DNA of 62,886 nt, filler included, from Pirum gemmata (Eukaryota), in the NCBI GenBank assembly GCA_002812295.1. It is 12 parts of 12 records of this genome, joined end to end, with 100 filler letters (N's around TTAATTAATTAA, not from the genome) between each part and the next. Parts side by side here need not be neighbours in the genome. Positions count along the whole stretch, not along the records: positions 10,606 to 15,771 come from PDIN01000669.1; positions 15,872 to 21,027 come from PDIN01000670.1; positions 21,128 to 26,211 come from PDIN01000671.1; 9 more parts are not named here. The stretch is one strand, 5' to 3'. The notes below the pieces were generated by a model that was not told where the DNA came from, did no database searches, and was given only the letters and a program-made list of their open reading frames with translations. A program made the position numbers and the translations under genes. Numbering within the stretch: position 1 is the first letter of the stretch; every line of letters begins with the position of its first letter. This document shows positions 11,632-24,075 of the stretch, one piece after another.

Positions 11632-14600
11632 TCACAGACCAGCATTAGGGGGTTTTCTATCAGGCAGAGATGGTAAAGCCACATTTTGAGAAGGTATATC
11701 GGTGCTTTTTATATTCGAATAATCCTCCGTGTCCTTAATTGCATTTGCAAAAAAATTGTCAGAATTGCAGTACTCGTCTTGCATTTGAGTAACTTTTTCC
11801 GGTTCCTTTTCCCCTTGACGGCTGAAATCATCTTTCTGACTACCCTCAAAAACTTCATCACCAACAAGCACGGCGTCATCAGAATACGATTGTAATTTGG
11901 AAGATTTTTTTTGTGATACATACGAAACACGGCCGGAGTGTGGGTTGGAGGTTGAATTTTTCTTCGGTGGTAAAGGTGGTGGTGCAGCTGCTTGCTGCTG
12001 ATTTTCTGTTGGTTGATTGATGTTTAACTGCCCAAAATTACTGGTTATATCTGGAGTAGACACCGCGTGCTGTGTTTGTGTTTGCTGTTGTTGTGCTTGT
12101 TGCTGTTGTGTTTGTTGTTGTTGCATATGCATCATTTCTACTAAAGACGACGAATTGGAATATTCATCATCCATATAAGGCTGTTCAACCGGCACGGGAG
12201 CTTGCACTGATTGATTCTGTGTTTGATGGGAGTTCAGCAAATCAAGAACTTGTGTTTGATTGAAGTAATTATCATTGTTATCTACCTGGGTTTGTTTTGG
12301 TGGTGTGACGGGTAATAGTGTAGAGGATTCAGGCAATAAAGCAGGCATGGTATGCCGACTATCTGGTTGTGGGACTACTTCTGACACAGACGATATTGAT
12401 CCCGATCTTCCCGATAGCGATGCTCGGTGTGATGATGGAGGTGTTTTTTTAGAAGATTTTCCTTTGTTCGCAGAAGAAAAAGTCTTAGAAATGCGTTTGC
12501 CAAAACTTGCTTTCTTTTTTTCATTTTTTTTAGCACTGTTTTCTTGATTCTCTAATACCGGTGGAGGACTATCTAGTGGAGCTCCTTGGAACTGCTGCTG
12601 AAGACTCATTATCTCGTTGGCATTTCCATAAACATCCATACCACTTTCTGGAGCAAGTGGAGGTTTGAAATCTGGATCTTCTGGGCAAGTTGCCATATAT
12701 ATTTCATCTGTTTCCGCTTGTTGGATATTAACATTGTGTATTTTTATTGGGGCCGCAATATTTTTATGGTTAGGATTGCTAAAATTGCTTTGACCTATTT
12801 CATGCTTCCTATAATTTCCCTCAATGTACGTTAGCAAACTTGTGTAAACGAACTTGTATTGTGTCTAAAGAATACAATGAAAAAAAAAAAAGACTTAGTA
12901 ATGATTGCACCCTCCCTAAGAGAGTGGAGATAAAATAAGTGAAATCAAGTTGTTCTTACGAAAGTCGTTATTTGAACGAATTGCAATGTGTTTGTTACCA
13001 ATATCAGACTTTTTTGGGTACTAGGAGTTTAAAGTAAAAGCGATATTATACAGACAAAGCCCCAAACCATATTTTACGATTGGTTACTTTGTGCAGATCT
13101 ATAAGAAAAAAATTCTAGGAATATTAGAATAGACAAAATTAAATATTGTATAATTCAGTGGAGTATACCTCAGTTTGAACCATCCCTGATCTTTCACTAC
13201 GCATGGTAAAAATGGTATGCTGGACATCCACCTCGGCATCCAACCCTTCTTTTTCGCATATTTGCTTTAACACATCTACAGCAATAAATGTACCAGTTCG
13301 TCCAATTCCAGCGCTGTTAAAAAAACATAAAAAATGAAAATTAACAATTTTAAAATTAAGAATGATTTACCAAGTCAAAATAAGCACAATATAATATTTC
13401 CTTGACATGATGAGACCGCTGTTACCATTATTACTGGCGCTTAAGGTAAAGCATAGCAGAAAGCCATCTTTAAAACAAATTCCTGGACCAAACATACTAG
13501 ACCAAAGTATACTTTTATCTTTGGTTCCATGTCATGTGAAAGATTGAATTTTGTATTAAAACTGGCTTTAAATAGAACCCCTTACCTACAGTGTACCAGC
13601 CAAGGACCACTGGATGGATATTTTTGAGAATGGTCGCGGATATCATCTAAAAAATTTAAAACACCTTGAGAACTTTCAGGAATTTCGTGATCTGGCCAAT
13701 CCGTGAAATGAAAAAACCAAACATATCTTGATTGTTTTGTCTAAAAATTACATTGTTAATTTAAACAGTTGATATTAGATACCCATACAACAACAACAAC
13801 AACAACAACAATTCATCAATAATTCATGGATTGTTTTTACAATTGAAAGCTGGCATTGTCGAGTCAGGAGCCCAGTGGTTTTCAAATCAATAGACAGAAA
13901 TAGACAGAAAAAAAGTTAACAGTATTATTTTGGTGGAGTAGAGCGGTTGATTAAATATTGATACAACATATAAATATATGGTGAATGTACAACAAAGCTA
14001 ATGTTTTAAGATAAGATCATATATATTGTATGTGTGTGTTTGTGTGCTATATAATAAATATTAAGACAAAAAAAAAATTCAAAGCAAAAGCCAAAACGAA
14101 AGCCAAATACATACTTTTTGATTTTCCAGAAAAAATTGAGATCGATAATATAATTTTCCAAATTGAGATCTTTCAACCAGAGTTATTATAAAATACCCAT
14201 ATTGCTAATTCGAAAAAACAATCATAAAAATCAATAAGTAACAATAAATAAATAATAATAATAATAATAATAATGGTACATAAAACAATTTCGAGCGTTA
14301 CATATTAAATACTAATGAAGGTTGTAAGCTAAAAGAGTAACGAAAAGGGATACTAGTAGTGTATTACAGCAGTAATATATACGTACCGATTGAATAATAT
14401 AATAAGAATAGATTTAAAAATGGTATGGAAAATAAATAATATTTTAGGTATGGGGTCAAATATTGCCATTGTACCTGTGGCACTTCATCTTCGGGATAGT
14501 ATAATATAGTTTTGTTCGATGCCAATTCCATTTTCGTTGTTGTATTGATTATTATATTGCAATGAGTTTGCTCAATGGCTTGCCAAAAATGATGAATCGT

Positions 14601-15733
14601 ATTTGGCAATGGAGCTTGAGCAGCAATATAACCTATAGATCCATCGGAAACTGTAATATAATTGGCATTGATGTAATCACCTTCCTCAAAATCAGTAAGT
14701 TTTACTCTCGTGTGGTCATCTTGGAATATTTTTTTAAAAAAAGAATATATATAATAAATAATTATTTGATACATCACCTATTTTTTTAAAGTTCTTTTTT
14801 ATAGCAAGATGTTGCATGGGAAATTTTAAATCCTGTTTGCCTCCATTCGTTAAATTTTTTGAAAATTAATTTGATTTAAAGTGAAATCTTGAATATTAGA
14901 TTATTGTAACTTATTCAAGATGTATTCAGCAAACCAAGTGCTTTCTGCACAAAATGTACCTATTGGTGTTTGGGTAATTGTAAAAAAATGATTTACGAGT
15001 AATAGAACATTTCACGAAAGGAAGAAGGGGTGGGGGCACATACATGGTAAAATATTAGCATATCGATTTTTATTTCTATTTTCCGGCTTACTGCCAGCGT
15101 TACGCTTCAATGCTTCCCCTTTTTGCAAAGTTTGCTGAACAGTCTGATAAATAGTAAAACGAAAAATTCGAGTAAATTAAGATATGGACTATTCGATTTA
15201 ATGGCAATAATGATCGTAATACCAAATGTTGGAGATACTAACAACAGTAGTAATAATGATAATTATAATTATACCTAACTGAAACTTTTTATAATACTGA
15301 ACAATAAGGTAAAAATAAAAATGAAAATAAACAAAACAAAACTGAAATAAACTTATTTTCTTATCAGAAAAATGAATAAAAGTAAAGCTAGAATAATCTA
15401 AATCGAGTATAAATCAATTGTACGTTGCATACGGTGATTTTATATTACTAAACTATAAAAACAACAACATTGATGTTTGAAAAAGACTAAAATGACACTA
15501 ATACTAAAAATGGAAACGAAATAGCAACACTAACAATCTCATAACCACAATCATAATCATTATAATAAGAATAATCAAAATAGAAAGATTTATAATACAT
15601 CAAATTCCTCGGCAAATCCTCGCTTTTTGAATGAGTTTGAATTAGCATTGGACTCGCTCTGTAATTGTTGAATCCGTTTCGCGAGAGTAGATAGAGGGAA
15701 TTTCGTTGCGTTTACTGGATATTGAAGTGTAAC
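11632..15733 (-). CDS. PTPN11: SHP (PTPN11/PTPN6/corkscrew)-like protein tyrosine phosphatase, 5'-partial, 7 exons
   Basis: Exons 15733-15599, 15143-15044, 14719-14475, 14204-14115, 13740-13586, 13313-13169 and 12864-11632 all have GT-AG ends and consistent phases (2103 nt). Motifs: KNRYANILPYDHTRV, DYINAN, WPDH, VHCSAGIGRTG, RSGMVQTE. The pre-PTP segment LQYPVNAT..KRIQQL..GFAEEF resembles the SHP linker. SH2 exons would lie beyond the contig end. Confidence 0.88.
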
Positions 15734-15945
15734 CTTTACAAAAGATGAATTGTTTTTAATTCATTTATGCANNNNNNNNNNNNNNNNNNNNNNNNNNNNN
15801 NNNNNNNNNNNNNNNTTAATTAATTAANNNNNNNNNNNNNNNNNNNNNNNNNNNNNNNNNNNNNNNNNNNNTTTATTTTTAATAATTATTTTATTTATTT
15901 AATAATTTATTTATTTATTTAATAATTTATTTATTTAATAATTTA

Positions 15946-17070
15946 TTACATTCCATGGTATGCCACAGATAAAGAACTAATATCAGGGTTTGCCTTCTGA
16001 AAGACATCGTATGGCAGACATTTTTCTAAACCACCACGAATATGAATGTATTGCCCAGAGAAATCGGTTCCAGAAAATATAGTCGCGGAATACCCTTTTT
16101 TAACAACGATAAATTGAAGACCTTGGCCTTTTAGTTGTTTCGCAAGGGCAGCACGATTGTAAGAACCTTTAGTAAGTTTTACCATACCTTCCCCATTTGA
16201 TTCGCAATTGTCTCCAATAAATATAGCGTCTTCATCCATACCACATTCAGAAGCAGTGTCAGTTCCTGAATCGGTTCCAGAATCTGTACCAGAACCAGAA
16301 TCAGTACCGGCATCATCGATCAGTTTGTAAGTAGCCATTTTAGGACCAATGTCACAATTTTTATCCGCTGATGCCCCACAACTCTTATCTGGACCACCAA
16401 TGTGTTCAGTGAAACTAGTAACACCAATTTCAACCATACCTTCACTAACTTCGTATTTACCTTTATCGTTAACCACGGAAACATCAGCACAATTGGTGTA
16501 TAATTCATTATCAGATTGGTGAGTAGCAATCCATTCCCAACGTAACACACAGTGCTCACAAGCAGGAACTTCATCGGGAATCTTAAATCTATATTTGATT
16601 GCACCTTGATCTTGTCCTCCTACATCCAACCTATTTTGATTGGAACCACAACCAAACCATTCGGCGATTTTGAAAAACTTTGAAGGAGTGTCACCAGCTT
16701 TGGCCACGGGTTCGGAAAGATACCAGTAACAAGTACCAGGATGAGCTGCACGAAGATTGATTTCGACTTCCAATTCTTCACCAGCTTTAAGTGTTTGTTG
16801 TTGCTCAGAAGGCTGAGTACTACCACGACATTGGAAATCGCTTGGTCGTGAATTTTTAGCCCATCGATCAGGAAGGTAATCAAAGGTTCTAGCTTGGTCT
16901 TTTCCTCCACCCCAGAAATACATAGGGTGATCATTACCCCCACACTCTGGCCCTTTACCATTTCTACCAGTACAGGTTTGGGCAGGACGAGGTATAGGCC
17001 AAGTAGCTTGACCGTGACCATTGACAACAGCAGCTAAAGCTAAAGTAAGAATTGCGGAAGTTTGAAACAT
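15946..17070 (-). CDS. Secreted LPMO-like (His-brace) protein with C-terminal beta/gamma-crystallin-like domain, copy 1
   Basis: 18-aa signal peptide ending VNG|H, giving His1. Second His in AAHPG. C-terminal LPMO motif CEHCVLRWEW...ELYTNCADV. GTDS linker, then VVKKGYSATIFSGTDFSG...DISSLSV. Intronless. Confidence 0.85.
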   Translation of the reverse strand: MFQTSAILTLALAAVVNGHGQATWPIPRPAQTCTGRNGKGPECGGNDHPMYFWGGGKDQARTFDYLPDRWAKNSRPSDFQCRGSTQPSEQQQTLKAGEELEVEINLRAAHPGTCYWYLSEPVAKAGDTPSKFFKIAEWFGCGSNQNRLDVGGQDQGAIKYRFKIPDEVPACEHCVLRWEWIATHQSDNELYTNCADVSVVNDKGKYEVSEGMVEIGVTSFTEHIGGPDKSCGASADKNCDIGPKMATYKLIDDAGTDSGSGTDSGTDSGTDTASECGMDEDAIFIGDNCESNGEGMVKLTKGSYNRAALAKQLKGQGLQFIVVKKGYSATIFSGTDFSGQYIHIRGGLEKCLPYDVFQKANPDISSLSVAYHGM

Positions 17071-18191
17071 ATTTTTTTATTTTATTAATTTTAAAATGTA
17101 ATATAATGTGTTTGTTTTTGTTTATTATCTTTTTGTTCTTTTATTTTTTTGTTGTTGTTGTTGTTGGAATTAAAATATATACAATATATTTTATTTTTTT
17201 ATTCTTCGTTTTTTGTTTGTTTGTTTGTTTGTTTGTTTTTTGTTTTATTTTTGTTTTTTCCCTAAACCCATTCTTTTTATACTTTTTATTTTTGTCTTTT
17301 TGTATGATAAAAAAAATAAATAATAAAAAAAATAAAAAAATAATAGGAAGCCTGTCACTTCTGCTGTCACAGTCAATGAGATAAGTAAGAGCTTGGTGAA
17401 CCAATTGGCGTGTAGAATAGGAAACAACGTTTTTGTCGAATAATGAAGACGCATTTTTTTATAGCATTTTTTTTTTAAAAAAAGCTATTTTTTAGCATTT
17501 TTTTTGTGTGTCAAGAGTGACAAGTTTGTCCATTTGATCGCTGTGACCACTGATTGTACAAAAATAAAATATACGTTTACGTCATTTTTGAAGAGTGATA
17601 TGATGTTCTCATTTTTTTTATTGGTATCGTAGACCCCACCGTTTACATTATATTATATTTAATATATGATAGAGACCCAGGGTTATTTTGTTTAGACTGA
17701 AAGAGTTAATTAAGGCTTGCTGGACAGAACACGCGCTATAATTCGTAATATAATTTTACCCAAAACCGATTTTAACCCTGACCCTAAGCCTAACCCAACC
17801 TCAATCAGAAGGCGGGTGCCTATTTTGATAATATGATAGTATAATATTTATTTTAATATATATGATAATATTATACATTTTTAAAAAAAAATACCACTGA
17901 AGTCTAGGATTCCAAAAAAAAAATCACTGCACTAGTCTATTTAGCTTGAATTATAGTGTGTTATAGAAAGTTATAACAGAACTCTATATGATAGACAACT
18001 ACTACTACTAGCTAGAGACTGATTCATAAGGTCTTTTTTTTCTTTTTTTTTATAATATGATATGAAAAAATAGCTGGTGACGGCTGTGGCCCGTGCTCCG
18101 TCTGTGAATTGAAGCTAATGAATTTGTAAACGAATGAGATGAATTTTAAAAAACTAGGAAATTTACAGCATCCAATTCCAGCTGATAGTAA

Positions 18192-18231
<40 letters not shown>

Positions 18232-19828
18232 ATAGACCATATAGACTAACATAATTTAGTCTATAATATATTATAATTTAGAGTTTAATTAAAATTTAGT
18301 CACAATGTCATGCAATTTTATTGTTTTCATATTTATCATTACTGGCATTTTGGCAATTTATTGCAGATATTGCAGACGCACATTTTTTCGAATTTTTGAA
18401 TGGTCTACTAAAATGAAATATCGTATAGTGGATAGTGATACGTAGCGTATAGCACATACATAATATGGTGCAAAAAATTTAAAAACATTCTACTTTTTTT
18501 TACCACCTTTTTTTTTATGTTTGAAAATTTCAAATCTTTTAAATATCTATTACATTACTTATGCTCGAAAACTGAAAATTCTAGTGAAAACTAAAAGTTG
18601 GACGTTGTGCACCATAGCTAAAACTATAGCTAAAAATGAATTCTAACACCAGTATTTTTTTTTTTTTTTTTTTTTTTTTAAAAACTGTATTATGTGGCCT
18701 AATATTTACGATACATGATATAAATAAGGGAACATTCATTAATGACGTCATCATACTGCATACCTCCCACTGTCCCACATTCTGAGTCTGACCCTATCAG
18801 ATGAAAATTCTAAGCTATTGCAAATGGACAACAATGAACCATGACGTCACCAACTCACCGCTGCACCTATCAAATGCAAGCGGAACCATTTTTTTGTAAT
18901 TTATAAAAAAAAAGAAAAAAAAGACCTTATGAGTTATGAGTCAGTCTTTAGCTAGTAGACCAGTTGTCTAGTGATTTTTTTTTTGGAATCCTAGACTTCA
19001 GTGGTATTTTTTTTATGTATAATATTATTATAAATATTATACTAGACTATCATATTATCAAAATAGACCCTCCTTCTGATTGAGGTTGGGTTAGGGTTAG
19101 GGTTTAATAGGTTTTAAAAAAAATCGGTTTTGGGTAAAATTATATTACGAATTAATAGCGCGTGTTCTGTCCAGCAAGCCTTTTAAAAAATTAACTCCTT
19201 CAGTCTAAACAAAATCTGCCCTGGGGATCTATCATATAATATAATGTATACGGTGGGGTCTTAGGTCTACGATTCCAATAAAAAAAATGAAAACATCACA
19301 TCACCCTTCAAAAATGACGTAAACGTATATTTTATTCCTGTACAATCAGTGGTCACAGCGATCAAATGAACAAACTTGACACTCTTGACACACAAAAAAA
19401 ATGCTAAAAAATAGCTTTTTTTAAAAAAAAAATGCTATAAAAAAATGCGTCTTCATTATTCGACAAAAACGTTGTTTCCTATTCTACACGCCAATTGGTT
19501 CACCAAGCTCTTACTTATCTCATTGACTGTGACAGCAGAAGTGACAGGCTTCCTATTATTTTTTTATTTTTTTTATTATTTATTTTTTTTATCATACAAA
19601 AAGACAAAAATAAAAAGTATAAAAAGAATGGGTTTAGGGAAAAAACAAAAATAAAACAAAAAACAAACAAACAAACAAACAAACAAAAAACGAAGAATAA
19701 AAAAATAAAATATATTGTATATATTTTAATTCCAACAACAACAACAACAAAAAAATAAAAGAACAAAAAGATAATAAACAAAAACAAACACATTATATTA
19801 CATTTTAAAATTAATAAAATAAAAAAAT

Positions 19829-20953
19829 ATGTTTCAAACTTCCGCAATTCTTACTTTAGCTTTAGCTGCTGTTGTCAATGGTCACGGTCAAGCTACTTGG
19901 CCTATACCTCGTCCTGCCCAAACCTGTACTGGTAGAAATGGTAAAGGGCCAGAGTGTGGGGGTAATGATCACCCTATGTATTTCTGGGGTGGAGGAAAAG
20001 ACCAAGCTAGAACCTTTGATTACCTTCCTGATCGATGGGCTAAAAATTCACGACCAAGCGATTTCCAATGTCGTGGTAGTACTCAGCCTTCTGAGCAACA
20101 ACAAACACTTAAAGCTGGTGAAGAATTGGAAGTCGAAATCAATCTTCGTGCAGCTCATCCTGGTACTTGTTACTGGTATCTTTCCGAACCCGTGGCCAAA
20201 GCTGGTGACACTCCTTCAAAGTTTTTCAAAATCGCCGAATGGTTTGGTTGTGGTTCCAATCAAAATAGGTTGGATGTAGGAGGACAAGATCAAGGTGCAA
20301 TCAAATATAGATTTAAGATTCCCGATGAAGTTCCTGCTTGTGAGCACTGTGTGTTACGTTGGGAATGGATTGCTACTCACCAATCTGATAATGAATTATA
20401 CACCAATTGTGCTGATGTTTCCGTGGTTAACGATAAAGGTAAATACGAAGTTAGTGAAGGTATGGTTGAAATTGGTGTTACTAGTTTCACTGAACACATT
20501 GGTGGTCCAGATAAGAGTTGTGGGGCATCAGCGGATAAAAATTGTGACATTGGTCCTAAAATGGCTACTTACAAACTGATCGATGATGCCGGTACTGATT
20601 CTGGTTCTGGTACAGATTCTGGAACCGATTCAGGAACTGACACTGCTTCTGAATGTGGTATGGATGAAGACGCTATATTTATTGGAGACAATTGCGAATC
20701 AAATGGGGAAGGTATGGTAAAACTTACTAAAGGTTCTTACAATCGTGCTGCCCTTGCGAAACAACTAAAAGGCCAAGGTCTTCAATTTATCGTTGTTAAA
20801 AAAGGGTATTCCGCGACTATATTTTCTGGAACCGATTTCTCTGGGCAATACATTCATATTCGTGGTGGTTTAGAAAAATGTCTGCCATACGATGTCTTTC
20901 AGAAGGCAAACCCTGATATTAGTTCTTTATCTGTGGCATACCATGGAATGTAA
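19829..20953 (+). CDS. Secreted LPMO-like protein with beta/gamma-crystallin-like domain, copy 2
   Basis: The 374-aa translation is identical to copy 1, in divergent orientation. Confidence 0.85.
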   Translation: MFQTSAILTLALAAVVNGHGQATWPIPRPAQTCTGRNGKGPECGGNDHPMYFWGGGKDQARTFDYLPDRWAKNSRPSDFQCRGSTQPSEQQQTLKAGEELEVEINLRAAHPGTCYWYLSEPVAKAGDTPSKFFKIAEWFGCGSNQNRLDVGGQDQGAIKYRFKIPDEVPACEHCVLRWEWIATHQSDNELYTNCADVSVVNDKGKYEVSEGMVEIGVTSFTEHIGGPDKSCGASADKNCDIGPKMATYKLIDDAGTDSGSGTDSGTDSGTDTASECGMDEDAIFIGDNCESNGEGMVKLTKGSYNRAALAKQLKGQGLQFIVVKKGYSATIFSGTDFSGQYIHIRGGLEKCLPYDVFQKANPDISSLSVAYHGM

Positions 20954-22374
20954 TAAATTATTAAATAAATAAATTATTAAATAAATAAATAAATTATTAA
21001 ATAAATAAAATAATTATTAAAAATAAANNNNNNNNNNNNNNNNNNNNNNNNNNNNNNNNNNNNNNNNNNNNTTAATTAATTAANNNNNNNNNNNNNNNNN
21101 NNNNNNNNNNNNNNNNNNNNNNNNNNNTACTTAAATAAGTAGATACTAAATAAATAATTACAAATACTAAATATGGTAAGGCGAAACTGGCGAACAACAT
21201 TTACTTTGTGCCTCGGTCAAAAAAGTTCGCCATAAGAGTTCTCACCCTCCTTTTTTTGATTTTTGATGGAAATAAATTCAAAGACAGTTCGAACGTCCGA
21301 TAAGTCATTCGGTTTCGAATCAAGGTCCGAACTAGAGCTATAGTAGTGCTATATATAGTAGTATCGTTATGATATATATAGAGTCTAAGCTAGCTACTAC
21401 CACTACTAGCTAGACTAGTTAGAGAGCCAGGTGAAAGGTTGAAAAGGTTCTGGGAGAAAACGAGAAAACTCCCACTACTCAGTCCCACTACTACTAGCTA
21501 GCTAGCTATCATAGTAGTAAATAGCATCAACCCCCACCTCGATATCGATAATAATTTACGTCATTTTTTAAAATATTAACGTAACAACTAATTGATATTT
21601 GTGGAAAGGGCCAAGTAAAAATTTTGTAGTGGGTTTTTATTACTGTTTTTAATTAAACGTTATCCAAGCGTCATCGTTTGCCTTTTTCAAGCTTTTCAAT
21701 CGTTACGTCATATCAAATGCATTTATTACAAATTATTATTTTATTAGTCTTTTGATTGTTTCTAGAAATTTTTAAAAAATTATCTCTTCCCATTCATTTT
21801 GTTCTATCGATATATTCCAAAGGTTGTTTAGAGGTTGTTATCATTGAAGGTTTTTGTTTTGAGATTTACTACTGTTTGTCATGATCATTTGTAGATTCTA
21901 ACTATTTGGAGGTATTACTAGTACTTTACTAGCTAGTGGTTTGGGCCTTGAGAACCCCCTGAGCATATTTCTATTAATTAATGTTTTTGTTTCTTTTTTA
22001 CATATATTAATTAATATTAATATCTTTATATATTATTAATGGGTTAATTAATGAAGATGTTTTGTTTTATATCGTAAAATTCACTACTAGCTAGTCTACA
22101 AAGCGGTCTACCTACTAACTAGAGTAGCTAAATGTTGATATGATAGTTTACCATTGATAGTATAGCAGTATGATAGTGATTCTAGAGTGAGTGTCTTGTG
22201 AAATTATGTTTTTGACTTTGTTTTTCCAAGTTTCGTTGAAAGAGTATTGAAAGATATTGATGACAGAGATGAAAGACTCAGGTGCCAGGTTGAAAGAGTG
22301 TTGAAAAAGTGTTGAAAACATCTAGTTAAAGCATATAGCATTAGAATGAGTCATTGAGGCTCGGCGTCCTTCTT

Positions 22375-22414
22375 ACCAAGGAGTTCAAAAGAGAATTTTC
22401 TTGAACTCCTTGGT
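22375..22414. repeat. Short hairpin, CAAGGA(G/C)TTCAA family
   Basis: 14-bp arms accaaggagttcaa/ttgaactccttggt. Relatives at 228-255, 27680-27706 and ~62670-62744. Confidence 0.7.
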
Positions 22415-23197
22415 CCAACTGGTTAATTAAAGTTGAAAGAAACTGTTGAACTGACACTTCAGTCAATTAACTATGAATACGACTATCAGGGTATATCAAG
22501 ACTATGATAACTTTAATAAGAATATGATAATCAGATAACCAGAGCTCAGACTTAGAGTTTAATTAATATGGAAGATTGCCTATGATAGTTACACTATAGC
22601 TAGACGAAGAGAGTAAATGAGAAATAGTTCTCAACTAGCTTCTCAACTTCTGATAGTATCCGATATGTAAATTATATAAAAGTGGGTCTTTATAATTATT
22701 ATAAAGTTCCGAAAATGATGTATAAATAATTACTAGCTAGTCACCAGCATCATATTATGATGTACGATGGTATACTGATAGTATAAATAAATAATAAATA
22801 AATATCATTTTATATATTTTATGTGCATACTTTTCTAGCATACTTTTCTTTTTCTAAAGAGATATCATATTTATTAATTTTATTTTATTTTATTTTATTC
22901 AGTCTATGCCAGATAAATTACAAAATCTGTCATCCGGGGACTCATTCCCACTGACCAAAACACAAGCCCAAAATCCTTACTATTTAGGGCACAAAATATA
23001 ATAATATGAAAGTCTAGCTAGTAGCTAGCTAGTAGCTTAGTAGTATATTTAGTAGTAGACCCCCCCCCCGTCTAGCTAGTAGACAACTTCCTCAACTTTT
23101 GGTGAGGTATGTCTAGCTAGCTAGTCTAGCTAGCAGATGCAGTAGGTCTACCCTGGGTGGCAGCCCTGGGTGGTGCTCTAGCTAGTAGCTAGGGGTG

Positions 23198-23287
23198 GTG
23201 CTTTTCAGTTGTTTTGTCATCATAAAATATACAATAAATAGTACCAAATTAATATAATATCGGAGTGACAAAATAAATGAAAAGCGC
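23198..23287 (+). mobile_element. MITE family A, internally deleted copy
   Basis: Both TIRs are present and about 95 bp of the interior is missing. Confidence 0.8.
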
Positions 23288-23883
23288 TAGTCTATAGATG
23301 ATATGATATAAAAAAAAAATCTTTCTAGTCCAATATCATAATATGTATAATAATATCAGCTATTCATACAATAATAATATCACAGCTTGTGTCAGAAGTT
23401 GTGTGACAGTGACTGTGTCAGGGCTACTAGAAAATTCTAGCTAGCTAGCTATCATAGAGCTATAGACTACAGGCTAACTACTATCAAGGCTAACTACTAG
23501 ACTAAGTCCTAGCTAGTAGCTACTCTAGCTAGCTAGCTACTAGTAGTAGTTGTGACTCGTGAGCGATTCACATCTTGCGACCCAACACCTTCCCTTTCGG
23601 TCAGAAAAGAGAAAGAGGTCCTTTCTCCCTACTACTAGCTAGCTAGCTAGCTAGCTAGAGCTACAAGTAGACAAGACGTAGTCTAGACTAGAGTCTATCA
23701 TAATATGAGTCTACCCAGTAGTGTCTACTCTGAGTCTACTGAGTCTTACTGACTGAGTTTTCTGTATTCTCTATGATAGCTAGAAAAAACTACCAAAAAT
23801 TCTAAAAAGTCACATAGACTCTTAGCACATAGACTGGACTGAAGTATAAACTCAACCGGATAATAACAGATATTTTAAATATA

Positions 23884-24075
23884 GCGCTTTTCATTTATTT
23901 TGTCACTCCGAATATTTATTTGGTTGGTTATAATTTTTTAATTGACATTGCTAAATGAATAAATGGATAATAAAATATACCAAGTTAAATGAAATGGGGT
24001 TATATTTTATTAATTTGGTATTCTTTGGTTATTCTTTATTATATATTTTATGATGACAAAACAACTGAAAATCAC
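23884..24075 (-). mobile_element. MITE family A copy
   Basis: Full-length reverse-complement match. Confidence 0.85.

Larger units (their letters stand above)
15872..21027. repeat. Contig-spanning inverted duplication (arms ~15872-18055 and ~18900-21027)
   Basis: No differences seen from the contig ends to ~17519/19380. The arms then diverge, with substitutions and indels, to ~18055/18900 around an ~845-bp unique spacer. Confidence 0.92.

Noticed and set aside
13403..13534. Intronic C/D snoRNA in the PTP gene (TGACATG/CATGTCA ends, ATGATGA)
   Set aside because: The C-box-like word is antisense to the host and there is no terminal CTGA D box. The stems are short enough to be chance.
14364..14777. 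Stand-alone 137-aa PTP ORF and stand-alone 401-aa ORF at 11632
   Set aside because: Both are exons of one spliced gene, and the ORF ends run into introns.
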